Positions 55,720-64,000 of a DNA stretch of 64,000 nucleotides are shown one piece after another. The DNA lies in IMG/VR virus record IMGVR_UViG_3300009873_000022, positions 607 through 64,606 of that record. One strand, given 5' to 3'. Within the stretch, counting starts at the first letter, position 1. Every line of letters begins with the position of its first letter. The notes below the pieces were generated by a model, which saw nothing but the letters and a program-made list of their open reading frames with translations, searched no databases and was not told where the DNA came from. Source of the stretch: a virus. The position numbers were made by a program, and so were the translations under genes.

Positions 55720-56721
55720 TTAGGCGGCGACCTTGACGTAGCCGTTAGCCACGAGCCAGCTCACGTATCCCTTCATCTTCTTCTCAGGGATGTCATGCTG
55801 CTTCTTGGCCAGACGAACAGCCTTGCCGTAGCTGGTCTTGGAGCCAATGACAGACTGTGCCTGCTCGCGCACTCCACCTTTGAATGCCTTGACCGTAGAA
55901 AGCATGGTTTCTTCAGTCAGCTTGGTGCGCTTGCTGCGCTCCTTCTTCTCCTTCTTTTCGGTAGCAGGGGCATCATCAGAACTCCGCTTCTTCTTTTTCT
56001 TTGCAGGAGCCTCCTCGCTGACCTTCTCCTTTTTCTTCTTGGAAACCTTTTCTTCTGACGGCTTGCTCTTCTCAGACTTGCTCATCTTCGTACTCCTATC
56101 TCTTGGTGCGACCGGCCAGATCTTCAACGTTTCGTCCCGGTCTTTAAGTTTGAAACGAACGTCGTTGTCATCGGAAACAACTCCGAGGACGCGATGCATC
56201 ATGTACTCTACGGTGTGAAATGCCTTGGTGTATGTTTGTGTCTTTACCTTTTTGCCAAGCCCTCCTGCAATAAGTCGGTTGAGATCGTCCCATGAAAACT
56301 GTGCCAGTGTTGTCTGTATCTCATACACGAAATTCGAATCATTGTACGCATCCTTTTCCGTGCGCATGTACACGGGTATGGATGGCGTCCATCTCTTATC
56401 GTTGTTCTTGTCCTTTTCGTAATCAGCAATCTTTTCATTGATGATCTTGACGTAGCGGGCCAAGAACTTCTTTCCATTGATGGCGCTGCGCGGTATGGTT
56501 TCCCTGAGTTCACGCCTGAATGTCATTGCTGCAGAGTGTGGATCCTCCTTGGTATTCTTGTAGTTTTCCTTTCGATTCTTCTTTTCTTCCTCGCGCTTCT
56601 TTGCGTTCTTTGCGTACCGCTTGAGATCCTTGTCAGTGGACGGTACGAATGCGGGAGTGGTACTTGCCTCTGATGTCTTGGACTTTTTCTTTGAGAGTGA
56701 GTCTTTCTTTTCCTTTACCAT
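55720..56721 (-). CDS. lysine-rich histone H1-like DNA-binding protein
   Basis: Poly-K/E tracts such as KKKEKVSEEAPAKKKKKRS are present. The C-terminus has a winged-helix-like globular segment of about 70 aa. Confidence 0.55.
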   Translation of the reverse strand: MVKEKKDSLSKKKSKTSEASTTPAFVPSTDKDLKRYAKNAKKREEEKKNRKENYKNTKEDPHSAAMTFRRELRETIPRSAINGKKFLARYVKIINEKIADYEKDKNNDKRWTPSIPVYMRTEKDAYNDSNFVYEIQTTLAQFSWDDLNRLIAGGLGKKVKTQTYTKAFHTVEYMMHRVLGVVSDDNDVRFKLKDRDETLKIWPVAPRDRSTKMSKSEKSKPSEEKVSKKKKEKVSEEAPAKKKKKRSSDDAPATEKKEKKERSKRTKLTEETMLSTVKAFKGGVREQAQSVIGSKTSYGKAVRLAKKQHDIPEKKMKGYVSWLVANGYVKVAA

Positions 56722-58186
56722 AGCGTTTCTCCATTGCCTTTAACAGTGACCGTTGAGTCTTGTCTTTCGAGTGCAGTGAATCGACCATGATTTCATCGAC
56801 AGTTCCCTGCGCTATGATCCGATAGACGATCACTCTGCGCTTCTGACCCTGTCGCCATATTCGCCTTATGAACTGTTCATAGTTTTCCAAGTTCCAGGTT
56901 AGCGAAAAGAATATAACGATGCCTCCCCTGCCCTCCTGCAGATTGAGGCCATGCGCTATGCTGTCTGGTTGCCCTGCCATGCCCGGCAGAGTGCCTTTGT
57001 CCCATTGTCGTAGATACTTCTCTACCTCTTTATCCTTGGTGTGTCCACCAATGAATGGAATGTCCTTGAACTGTGGCGCATGCTTTGCGAAGTATCGCTT
57101 CATACGCTCCATGTCGTGCCTGAACTCATACGCTATCAGTGCGGGCTCACCGTTCAGTTCCTCCAGAAGATCGACTAGTTCCTCGCACTTAGCGTCATGT
57201 ATCTTACGCCATTTCTTGCGTGGCTTTAGTGGGTTCTCATTGACTATCTCGCCCGTCTCAGAGTAGAACGCTCCGCCATTGGCTATCTGACGCAGTTTTC
57301 CAGACGCCACGGCAGCGTTCGCTGCCACGATGTCACCTTCATTGTACTCAAGCACGAATTCCTTTTCCATCTTTCGATACGTGGCCATGGACTTATCATC
57401 AAGCTGCACATACCGATCCACGTAAGTGAGTGGCGGAAGATCCAACTTCTCATCACCGAAACGAAGTATCAGGTGCCTGATGCGCCTGAACATCCTCTTC
57501 TTCGCGCCACGCTGAAGTTCCCAGGCATATCCCATGTACCCGGAGGGATAGAAGTATTCATTCCTGAATGCGGTGATGTACGGCCCGAAGGCCTCACCTA
57601 GGTCTAACGTGTATATCTGACCGAACAATCCCATCAATCCGTTTGGGGCTGGAGATCCAGTCATGATGTACCTTCTATCGAAGAACTTCAAGATACTCTT
57701 TAGAGTACGGAATCTCACCGTATTGGTGTGTCGTAGCTTGCTGGACTCATCTACTGCCAGCATCACACGTTTTCCACGCTTGAACCACTTCTTCTGGCGC
57801 TTCAACCAAGGCAACCCCTCGTAGTTCATCAGACGGATATCTGCATCCTTGTACAGGGCATCTTCTTTCTTTCCTCCGTGAACTATGGAGTACTTGAACT
57901 TCCGCGTATCCCGCCACTTCGATATTTCTTTTGGCCACACATTCAGGATGATCCTGCGCTTTGCCAAGACCATCAATTCATCAACTATCCCAAGCGACTT
58001 GAGTACCTTGAAGATCATCAAGATGATCATGGTCTTCCCAAGACCAGGAGCCAAGAAGAATCCAGCGGCAGGGTTTTCAACTCCGTGCGCGATGCATTCT
58101 TCTTGATAGTCTTTCGGTACGAACCTTGGCCATTTCGATTTCTTTCTCAAGGAGTGAGAGGGCCTCCGCCGCGCTATCGACTTCAT
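56633..58186 (-). CDS. SNF2-family helicase
   Basis: Motif I is APGLGKT. Motif II is LAVDESSKL. Motif VI is QGQKRRVIVYRIIAQGTVDE. Confidence 0.8.
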   Translation of the reverse strand: MKSIARRRPSHSLRKKSKWPRFVPKDYQEECIAHGVENPAAGFFLAPGLGKTMIILMIFKVLKSLGIVDELMVLAKRRIILNVWPKEISKWRDTRKFKYSIVHGGKKEDALYKDADIRLMNYEGLPWLKRQKKWFKRGKRVMLAVDESSKLRHTNTVRFRTLKSILKFFDRRYIMTGSPAPNGLMGLFGQIYTLDLGEAFGPYITAFRNEYFYPSGYMGYAWELQRGAKKRMFRRIRHLILRFGDEKLDLPPLTYVDRYVQLDDKSMATYRKMEKEFVLEYNEGDIVAANAAVASGKLRQIANGGAFYSETGEIVNENPLKPRKKWRKIHDAKCEELVDLLEELNGEPALIAYEFRHDMERMKRYFAKHAPQFKDIPFIGGHTKDKEVEKYLRQWDKGTLPGMAGQPDSIAHGLNLQEGRGGIVIFFSLTWNLENYEQFIRRIWRQGQKRRVIVYRIIAQGTVDEIMVDSLHSKDKTQRSLLKAMEKRYGKGKERLTLKEKVQDIRGKYHSRIRTVH

Positions 58187-58424
58187 ATGTCTTGTGTCCC
58201 AACTTCTTCAGTTGCCTGTGTCTGTAGTCCTGTAGCGGTTCAGATTCTGTATCTGTTCTTTTGAACTCGAACAGTACGGTAGTCCCATACTTAGCAAGAA
58301 CGAGCTGGTCATTGAACCCGTTGCTACCGTAGGCTCCCTTCGTCTGCATCTTGTACGCGATGTATCCTTTCCTGCGCACGGCCCGAACGAACTTGTTCTC
58401 CTCTATTCGTTCGGGCTTGCTCAT
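58077..58424 (-). CDS. VRR-NUC domain nuclease
   Basis: D...LFEFKR together with the PD-(D/E)xK-like core matches the VRR-NUC family. The protein is 115 aa. Confidence 0.6.
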   Translation of the reverse strand: MSKPERIEENKFVRAVRRKGYIAYKMQTKGAYGSNGFNDQLVLAKYGTTVLFEFKRTDTESEPLQDYRHRQLKKLGHKTYEVDSAAEALSLLEKEIEMAKVRTERLSRRMHRARS

Positions 58425-58627
58425 ACGTCCTCACCAGACAGTTTTCGCAACCAGTTCAACTGCGCATATGACACAGAGCAATCCATGCCGAATCTTCCAA
58501 ACCTGTGCACCATGTCATCAACGAACTTGATGGCAGCCTCTGATACCGCCCCTTTCTCTGCCGCGTCAAGCAGCTCTTCGACTTCACTGACTGTCGCGTA
58601 ATGATCTTTGAATTGTGTCTTGCTCAT
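58421..58627 (-). CDS. small hypothetical protein
   Basis: 68-aa ORF. Confidence 0.35.
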   Translation of the reverse strand: MSKTQFKDHYATVSEVEELLDAAEKGAVSEAAIKFVDDMVHRFGRFGMDCSVSYAQLNWLRKLSGEDV

Positions 58628-59301
58628 GACATCACCTTCTTCCAGTGCTTACAGGTTCCACCCGGTTGACTGCTGCGGTGGGAACACCACTTACATGAAT
58701 TGATTGACGGTGTGGGTAGAAACTTCCTCTCACTCATCAGCCGCTTTCCCTCGCCTATCCAGTGTCGCGTGAGAATCTTCAGTTCTGAGTCTGTGAATGA
58801 CAGCTTCATGGTATCACCGCTATCAATGTACCAGAACTCTACCTCGGCACCATCACTCCTTGGAAACTTGATCTTCGATGTGATCGCCCCGAGTTCAGCC
58901 TGCTGTGTCCATTCAGGCCAGATCTTGCCAGTCTTGTAATCGATATACAACACTGGCGCGTTTCGAGGAGGAACGACAGCATCGCTCTTGCTTACGAACT
59001 GCCCTTGGTACTCTTTCGCCGGTTTGAAATCAAGATCGAAGTTCCAGTACTCTTCTGCCACGGGAGTAGCGGCCTTCAAGCCCTTGAACTCATACTCGAA
59101 CAGTTTCAGATCCTCTGGAACAGACTTGATGGCTCCCTTGACATATGCCTCAGCCATCTTATGAATGGCATCACCGCGCAGCATGGCTGGCCCTGGAGGT
59201 TGTCGAATCTTGTCAATGTACGAAAGCTTCACTGCGTACAGGCACTTCTTGGATTGCGCCCATAGCGAGTATGACCATCGCTTCAGTTGATACTCTTTCA
59301 T
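58624..59301 (-). CDS. Cas4/RecB-like PD-(D/E)xK exonuclease with a 4-Cys cluster
   Basis: An N-terminal Cys is present, with the motif IDYKTGK and the C-terminal cluster CKWCSH...GTCKHW. The start MKEYQ follows GGAGG. The track ORF extends to 59487. Confidence 0.6.
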   Translation of the reverse strand: MKEYQLKRWSYSLWAQSKKCLYAVKLSYIDKIRQPPGPAMLRGDAIHKMAEAYVKGAIKSVPEDLKLFEYEFKGLKAATPVAEEYWNFDLDFKPAKEYQGQFVSKSDAVVPPRNAPVLYIDYKTGKIWPEWTQQAELGAITSKIKFPRSDGAEVEFWYIDSGDTMKLSFTDSELKILTRHWIGEGKRLMSERKFLPTPSINSCKWCSHRSSQPGGTCKHWKKVMS

Positions 59302-59312
59302 TGAACCTCCAA

Positions 59313-59885
59313 TTAGAATACGCGCTTCCACCACGGACGATTCACATACTGCATGATTTGAATCAAGTGACGCGCCTGATTTTTCGCATCGTCGAGCGCG
59401 TCGTGCGATGTCCCGTAGTACGTTGCCTTGACATCTCGGTTCAGTGCATACATGGTACGGTGACACATCACGTCTTTGTACGACCACAGTACAGGCAGCT
59501 CACATGCTCGAAGAGCATTCTGCACAATCGGAATGTCGAATGCCGCGCCCATGCTCCAGACTCTGATTCGATCAGTTGGCTCATTCTTCCGTGAACGCAG
59601 CCAATCATTGAACCGCCACAGCATAGAATGGAGGGCCTCTGGATCCCTCATCCATCCCATCTTTGCCTCTGCTGACTGAGTCTTCCACCAGTCAATGGTC
59701 TTCTGATCGAAGTGCAGCCCTGCGCGCATGTTACTGCCGGGGGTAGCGTTTCCCTTGAACTCATCTCCCAGTGTTCCCTTGCCAAAGTCCATTGTCACTG
59801 CCGCCAGTGAAACCACTGCCGCGTTTGATTGCAGACTCATGGTCTCTGTGTCGATCATCACTTCAATGAATTTATCCACTCTCAT
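59313..59885 (-). CDS. DnaQ-like DEDD 3'-5' exonuclease
   Basis: Exo I is VMIDTET and the Exo III-like motif is YGTSHDALDDA. Confidence 0.7.
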   Translation of the reverse strand: MRVDKFIEVMIDTETMSLQSNAAVVSLAAVTMDFGKGTLGDEFKGNATPGSNMRAGLHFDQKTIDWWKTQSAEAKMGWMRDPEALHSMLWRFNDWLRSRKNEPTDRIRVWSMGAAFDIPIVQNALRACELPVLWSYKDVMCHRTMYALNRDVKATYYGTSHDALDDAKNQARHLIQIMQYVNRPWWKRVF

Positions 59886-60220
59886 TCTCCTCTGAGTACA
59901 TTCAGTGCCATCAGTGTCATGATCTCTGCCGTGGTAGGTCTTCGTCCCTTGGCACCACCGATTCGCTCGGCAATTCGCTTCTCCGCCATTGAAAGATACA
60001 CGATTGCCTCCTTGACATGAGAGGCATACTTGACCAAGTCCTGTGTCGAGGTTCCTTTTCGATTCGAAGCCTTCTTGGCATGGCGATACACGAACTCCTT
60101 AGATACCTTGTGTGTCTCGGCAATTTCTTCGGTCGGCAACCCGTTTTCAACGTCATGGACCACATTCGCAATTAGTGTAGGGTTTGCACGCTTGAAACGC
60201 TTGATTCTCTTGATCTTCAC
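59882..60220 (-). CDS. HTH protein (sigma region-4-like or transcriptional regulator)
   Basis: The helix-turn-helix-like segment is LPTEEIAETHKVSKEFVYRHAK. Confidence 0.4.
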   Translation of the reverse strand: MKIKRIKRFKRANPTLIANVVHDVENGLPTEEIAETHKVSKEFVYRHAKKASNRKGTSTQDLVKYASHVKEAIVYLSMAEKRIAERIGGAKGRRPTTAEIMTLMALNVLRGE

Positions 60221-60423
60221 TTCTTGCTCCCTTTCTTACCTGACAGCATGCTCTGCAGACGCTCATCGTACAACTTGAGCTTTTCACGGCGAACCATCAT
60301 TTGTGCGGGGCTTCGCTTGCTCCAGTAGTAGAAACTCGAACGGCATGTCGGACACACATCAAGCCGTGACAACGGCCCAATGGTATTGGAACATGATGGA
60401 ATGATACACGCCCGGACTTTCAT
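60217..60423 (-). CDS. Zn-ribbon protein
   Basis: CIIPSC...CPTC is present. Confidence 0.4.
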   Translation of the reverse strand: MKVRACIIPSCSNTIGPLSRLDVCPTCRSSFYYWSKRSPAQMMVRREKLKLYDERLQSMLSGKKGSKK

Positions 60424-60435
60424 TGTTGATTTCCT

Positions 60436-61323
60436 TTATCGTTTAATGAACTCTTTCATACGAATTGTTCTTACGGCCAAAGCTGCTGCAATGCTGCGAA
60501 CCATATCTGGTGAGGCAGCTACTCTATCGAGAGACGGTAAGCTATTTGACATCCCCTTACGCGTAATCAATGATGCACTGTCCATTACTACCCTAGCCCC
60601 ATCAGATCTATATGGCTGCAATAGACTGTACCTAATGGTTCTGTTCAGAGCCTCATAGACTAGCTTAAATATCGCTGGGTCTAATGAAAACTCAGTCTGT
60701 AATGGGCCACCATAGTTGATAGAATCGTAATAGCTATCGATTGAATTCTCAGTCCCCATCTTAAAGATAAATCCAAACATCAACATGACATTCATCCATG
60801 CGGCCATAGCTCTGTTAACACTTTTCCCCGGAAACATTTCCTTGAACTGTGCATACATACGCATCGTTTCTGATGTTTCTCTGCCGCGCTGGAGGTTATA
60901 GATTATGCCTGCTTTTCTAAACGCTCCTCCAATAATGAAAGCCATTAGTATATCAGCTACGACTCTCGGGTTATTAGTCTGAAGATCGGCGAGTACGAAG
61001 GACACTGGATATTCAACTGGCCAACTCTGCATCACAGTTACTAAATCCCCGGGAACAACTATTACACCCTTCTTGCGAAGAATATCTACAACTTTTGGAT
61101 TACGCTCTATTGCTACTAAACAGTGATCCTTATACTTCTTCTTCAGTGCCACACTCCGATCTATATCCCTAGTTCCAGGTAGATATAGAATCAGAGCATC
61201 GTGCTTGTTAGGTGCATGCTTCTCAACTATATTCCAGCAAGTTCTTCTCCAATGATCCTTGGTATAGTTATCATACTCTACAGCATCGATAGTTTCTACC
61301 TTGTTCATTTTGCCCTCGCCCAT
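60436..61323 (-). CDS. hypothetical protein in an AT-richer segment
   Basis: 295-aa ORF whose local GC is visibly lower than its surroundings. Confidence 0.45.
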   Translation of the reverse strand: MGEGKMNKVETIDAVEYDNYTKDHWRRTCWNIVEKHAPNKHDALILYLPGTRDIDRSVALKKKYKDHCLVAIERNPKVVDILRKKGVIVVPGDLVTVMQSWPVEYPVSFVLADLQTNNPRVVADILMAFIIGGAFRKAGIIYNLQRGRETSETMRMYAQFKEMFPGKSVNRAMAAWMNVMLMFGFIFKMGTENSIDSYYDSINYGGPLQTEFSLDPAIFKLVYEALNRTIRYSLLQPYRSDGARVVMDSASLITRKGMSNSLPSLDRVAASPDMVRSIAAALAVRTIRMKEFIKR

Positions 61324-63197
61324 GAAAAATCAGACACCTTCGGATCAGCAAGCATCGGAACATTGAACTCCATATCACACATGGCATCTGCAATCCGCCT
61401 GCCGTGCGCAGCACTAGGGGCCATGCACACTAGCTCGTCATGCACCTGCAATGCAATGCGCGCGTCTGGCACCTGCTGGAACACATTGATCATGCCTTGC
61501 TTGGTCACGTCTGCCGCGGACGGTTGAATGAGATAATTGAGCATCTTGTACTCGAAGCTCATCCAGAACTCTTCGCCGGTATGCTTGTTCCTCAGATACT
61601 TTGGTTCCTCGCAGAAGTACTCACGACCTCCCCATGTGGTCAATGGCTTTCCACGACGCTCAAGGTCCTTGAGCTCATCAATTAGGCCCTTGATTCCTGG
61701 AACAGCCTGCAGAATGCCGTCACGCACCTTCTTGGCAGTGTTCTTGTCCAAACCCATGCCGTGAGCCAGCTTATCCAAGCCCATGCCGTAGATCAGACCG
61801 AACACCGTCACCTTGATGGCCTTTCGAGGAATATCAATTCCCAGAATCTTGCCTACCAGAACGCGGCAGAAGTCGTGGACGTCCAACTTCGGGTTATCAC
61901 GGTATGCCTTCATCAACACACCTCTTTCGAAGTGTGCCAGCAACCTGAGTTCTTGTTGATTGTAGTCAACTGTGATCAGAACAGAGTCTTCATCAGGGAT
62001 GATGAAGTCACGCAACCCAATGAAGTCATAGCCGTGCTGATCCTTGGCCCATAACTGCATCAGCAGCAACGTATCCTTGTTCTTTGAATCCTCCACATTG
62101 CCAGCCACGTTCTGGAAGTTCGGATCGTACGATGACATTCGACCGCTGCGCGCTCCACCGCCTCCTTCATCGGTCTTGTTCCTTACTTGGTTGAAGCGCG
62201 GTAGAACCCGACCATGTGTCAATTCAGCCTGTTCAATCCACGGAATGATGAATGAGCTCGTGTACTTCTTGATGACTGAATGGATGGCCAGCAAATCGAG
62301 CAGCCGCTTGTCGTTGCAGGTAGCCTTCAAGTTCTCTACCTTCGTACTTACCTTGCCAGTCGGAGTCTTGATGATTGAATCCAGCTTGTTACTGGCGATC
62401 AATGCCTTGGCCAGTTGCGCACCGCTGTCTACATTGAACCGCTTCTTGACATCAGGGTTGTCCATATCACCAGGACTGATGCGAAGCCTCTTGCATATCC
62501 TTCGAACGAGGTCCTTGTCCATCTTCTCGAAGACATGCAGACACTCTTTCAGTCTATCCATGTCTACCCGAACACCGCTGCGCTCCATCTCCAATGTGAT
62601 TGGAGTAAGTGCCAGTTCGCGCCTGTACGCTGGCAGCATTCCACGGTCTGCTATCTCTGGCCGTATTTTGTCCCACAGACGGTACGTCCTATCAACGTCA
62701 CCTATAGCATACGGACCAAGGATGCTTGGAGGGCACTTCCACATATGCTCGCCCCAGCTACTCGGCTTTCGCTTTGCCTCAGGGATGTTGGACAGCACCC
62801 AATCCTTCACTCGGTCTGACTCTTCTGGCGGCATGTCCAGATACACTTCAGCCAGTGGCTTCAGTGCCAAAGTCTCTTCGTGTGGGTTCTGCAGGAATGA
62901 TAGATACAGAGTGTCCTCCACCGTTGATGGTGGCGAAAGCCCCCAGTGAGTCTCTATCACATCTGTATCGAATGAGTTGTTGTGAAACACAACGGGCATT
63001 CCAGACCTGTAGATGTCCTTCACTACCTCTCTGGCAGTGCCGACGCTACAGTTGTTTCCCTCTGTATGCCCGAATGCATAGTACTTCTTGTTCCCCAAGA
63101 GATCTCTGACTGCCACTCCCACTGGAACCGGTGGATAGTACGGGCGCGACTCGATTGACTTGGTTTCGAGGTCGACAGTATATGCGGCCTGTTTCAT
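61305..63197 (-). CDS. DNA polymerase I (family A) with an N-terminal 3'-5' exonuclease
   Basis: Exo I is VDLET and Exo II is HNNSFD. Pol motif A is DYNQQELR, motif B is KVTVFGLIYGMG and motif C is QVHDELV. Confidence 0.85.
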   Translation of the reverse strand: MKQAAYTVDLETKSIESRPYYPPVPVGVAVRDLLGNKKYYAFGHTEGNNCSVGTAREVVKDIYRSGMPVVFHNNSFDTDVIETHWGLSPPSTVEDTLYLSFLQNPHEETLALKPLAEVYLDMPPEESDRVKDWVLSNIPEAKRKPSSWGEHMWKCPPSILGPYAIGDVDRTYRLWDKIRPEIADRGMLPAYRRELALTPITLEMERSGVRVDMDRLKECLHVFEKMDKDLVRRICKRLRISPGDMDNPDVKKRFNVDSGAQLAKALIASNKLDSIIKTPTGKVSTKVENLKATCNDKRLLDLLAIHSVIKKYTSSFIIPWIEQAELTHGRVLPRFNQVRNKTDEGGGGARSGRMSSYDPNFQNVAGNVEDSKNKDTLLLMQLWAKDQHGYDFIGLRDFIIPDEDSVLITVDYNQQELRLLAHFERGVLMKAYRDNPKLDVHDFCRVLVGKILGIDIPRKAIKVTVFGLIYGMGLDKLAHGMGLDKNTAKKVRDGILQAVPGIKGLIDELKDLERRGKPLTTWGGREYFCEEPKYLRNKHTGEEFWMSFEYKMLNYLIQPSAADVTKQGMINVFQQVPDARIALQVHDELVCMAPSAAHGRRIADAMCDMEFNVPMLADPKVSDFSWARAK

Positions 63198-63424
63198 TCG
63201 TGAATCTCCTCGATACCGTACTCATGTCTTTCGCGCAGATACCGCAGTCTATTGAAACGCCGGTGCAACCTGAAGATGACCTGCTTCCTTCGCTTATTGG
63301 CCAACTCTTCATCGAGCATCTTGCCAATCTGCTTTTCAGTCAGGCCATTTCTGCTGGCTAGTGTAGACACGGTATCCTGGTACGAAAGTTCTGTGATCTT
63401 CGTGGGCTTCTTTTTCCTCTTCAT
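63194..63424 (-). CDS. small DNA-binding-like protein
   Basis: The start MKRKKKPT follows GGAGG. The track ORF extends to 63484. Confidence 0.4.
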   Translation of the reverse strand: MKRKKKPTKITELSYQDTVSTLASRNGLTEKQIGKMLDEELANKRRKQVIFRLHRRFNRLRYLRERHEYGIEEIHE

Positions 63425-63436
63425 TGAACATCCTCC

Positions 63437-63508
63437 AAAGGGGACACAGCCCTTGCCCGAGTCGAGCTGTGTCCCCATCTTCACTTGACGATAATCACTT
63501 CGTAGTGA
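63437..63508. terminator. two hairpins (GGGGACACAG...CTGTGTCCCC 10-bp stem, and AATCACT-acgaa-AGTGATT) between the acidic-protein gene and the next gene
   Basis: The inverted repeats are visible. A short T-run follows on the minus strand. Confidence 0.45.
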
Positions 63509-64000
63509 TTACTTCTTGCCCTTCTTGGCAAACCGCGACTTCGCCGGGGCCTTCTTGGCTGGCTTCTTTGCCGGGGCCTTCTTGGCTGGCTTCTTTGCCG
63601 GGGCTTTCTTGGCTGCACCCTTCTTGCCCTTCTTCACGGGCTTCTCATCCTCATCGTCCTCATCCTCGTCGTCCTCATCCTCATCCTCATCATCCTCGTC
63701 GTCCTCATCCTCATCGTCCTCATCGTCCTCATCGTCCTCATCGTCCTCATCGTCCTCGTCCTCGTCCTCGTCCTCATCGTCCTCATCGTCCTCGTCCTCG
63801 TCCTCGTCCTCATCCTTCTTGCTCTTCTTGCCCTTCTTCACGGGCTTCTCATCCTCATCGTCCTCGTCCTCGTCGTCCTCGTCCTCATCCTCATCCTCAT
63901 CCTCATCCTCGTCTTCGTCTTCGTCTTCGTCTTCGTCTTCGTCTTCGTCTTCGTCTTCGTCTTCGTCTTCGTCTTCGTCTTCGTCTTCGTCTTCGTCTTC
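63509..64000 (-). CDS. poly-acidic (Glu/Asp repeat) protein with a C-terminal H1/AlgP-like AKKPAKK tail; 5'-partial, open through the window end
   Basis: Read on the minus strand from the window end, the sequence is (ED)n...EKPVKKGKKSKK-(D/E)n-EKPVKKGKKGAAKKAPAKKPAKKAPAKKPAKKAPAKSRFAKKGKK*. The track start at 63841 is a GTG inside a longer open frame. Confidence 0.55.
   Translation of the reverse strand, partial: EDEDEDEDEDEDEDEDEDEDEDEDEDEDEDEDEDEDEDEDEDDEDEDDEDEKPVKKGKKSKKDEDEDEDEDDEDDEDEDEDEDDEDDEDDEDDEDDEDEDDEDDEDEDEDDEDEDDEDEKPVKKGKKGAAKKAPAKKPAKKAPAKKPAKKAPAKSRFAKKGKK
63906..64000. repeat. perfect hexanucleotide tandem repeat (GTCTTC)n of about 15 units, running to the window edge, encoding (Asp-Glu)n on the minus strand
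   Basis: The repeat is visible in the sequence. Confidence 0.9.

Noticed and set aside
56633-58424. Large overlaps (SNF2 with VRR-NUC 110 nt, SNF2 with the H1-like gene 89 nt) as evidence of overprinting
   Set aside because: They are more likely an artefact of choosing the longest ORF. Internal starts probably resolve the overlaps, and this cannot be settled without expression data.

Overview
The window looks like most of a roughly 64-kb tailed phage genome, about 50% GC, from a Gram-negative host. The host call rests on the i-spanin with an embedded lipoprotein o-spanin and on the holin. The layout has three blocks. The first is a minus-strand early and replication arm at 1-12.9 kb. It carries an ATP-dependent DNA ligase, a MoxR/CobS-like AAA ATPase, a Toprim/SF3 primase-helicase, MazG and an FkbM-type methyltransferase. 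The second is a plus-strand late module at 13.5-45.3 kb. It carries TerS, TerL, a portal-MuF fusion with an inserted HExxH domain, a Mu-like scaffold, a decoration protein and the major capsid. An unusual virion-module glycosyltransferase-methyltransferase-glycosyltransferase polyprotein follows, together with a twitch-type radical SAM enzyme and Ig/FN3-like secreted proteins. Then come a PL7-like lyase, a repeat-containing fibre, a Mu gpG-like protein, a siphovirus-type tail with a 623-aa tape measure and a J-like protein, and the lysis cassette. The third block is a second minus-strand arm at 45.3-64 kb. It carries SPFH, a DnaJ-domain protein and a Lar-like protein, then HD, DUF3310 and a thymidylate-synthase homologue, a second radical SAM, GT-B and GT-A glycosyltransferases, a lysine-rich H1-like protein, an SNF2 helicase, VRR-NUC, a Cas4-like nuclease, a DnaQ exonuclease, DNA polymerase A and a poly-(Glu/Asp) protein that runs off the window end. 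Non-coding regions hold a 9-mer iteron array around an AT-rich core upstream of terS, a roughly 790-bp ORF-free region with direct and hairpin repeats, and a GC-rich G-tract repeat block. No tRNA, rRNA or CRISPR array was recognised. All functional calls come from motifs read by eye and none was confirmed by a search.
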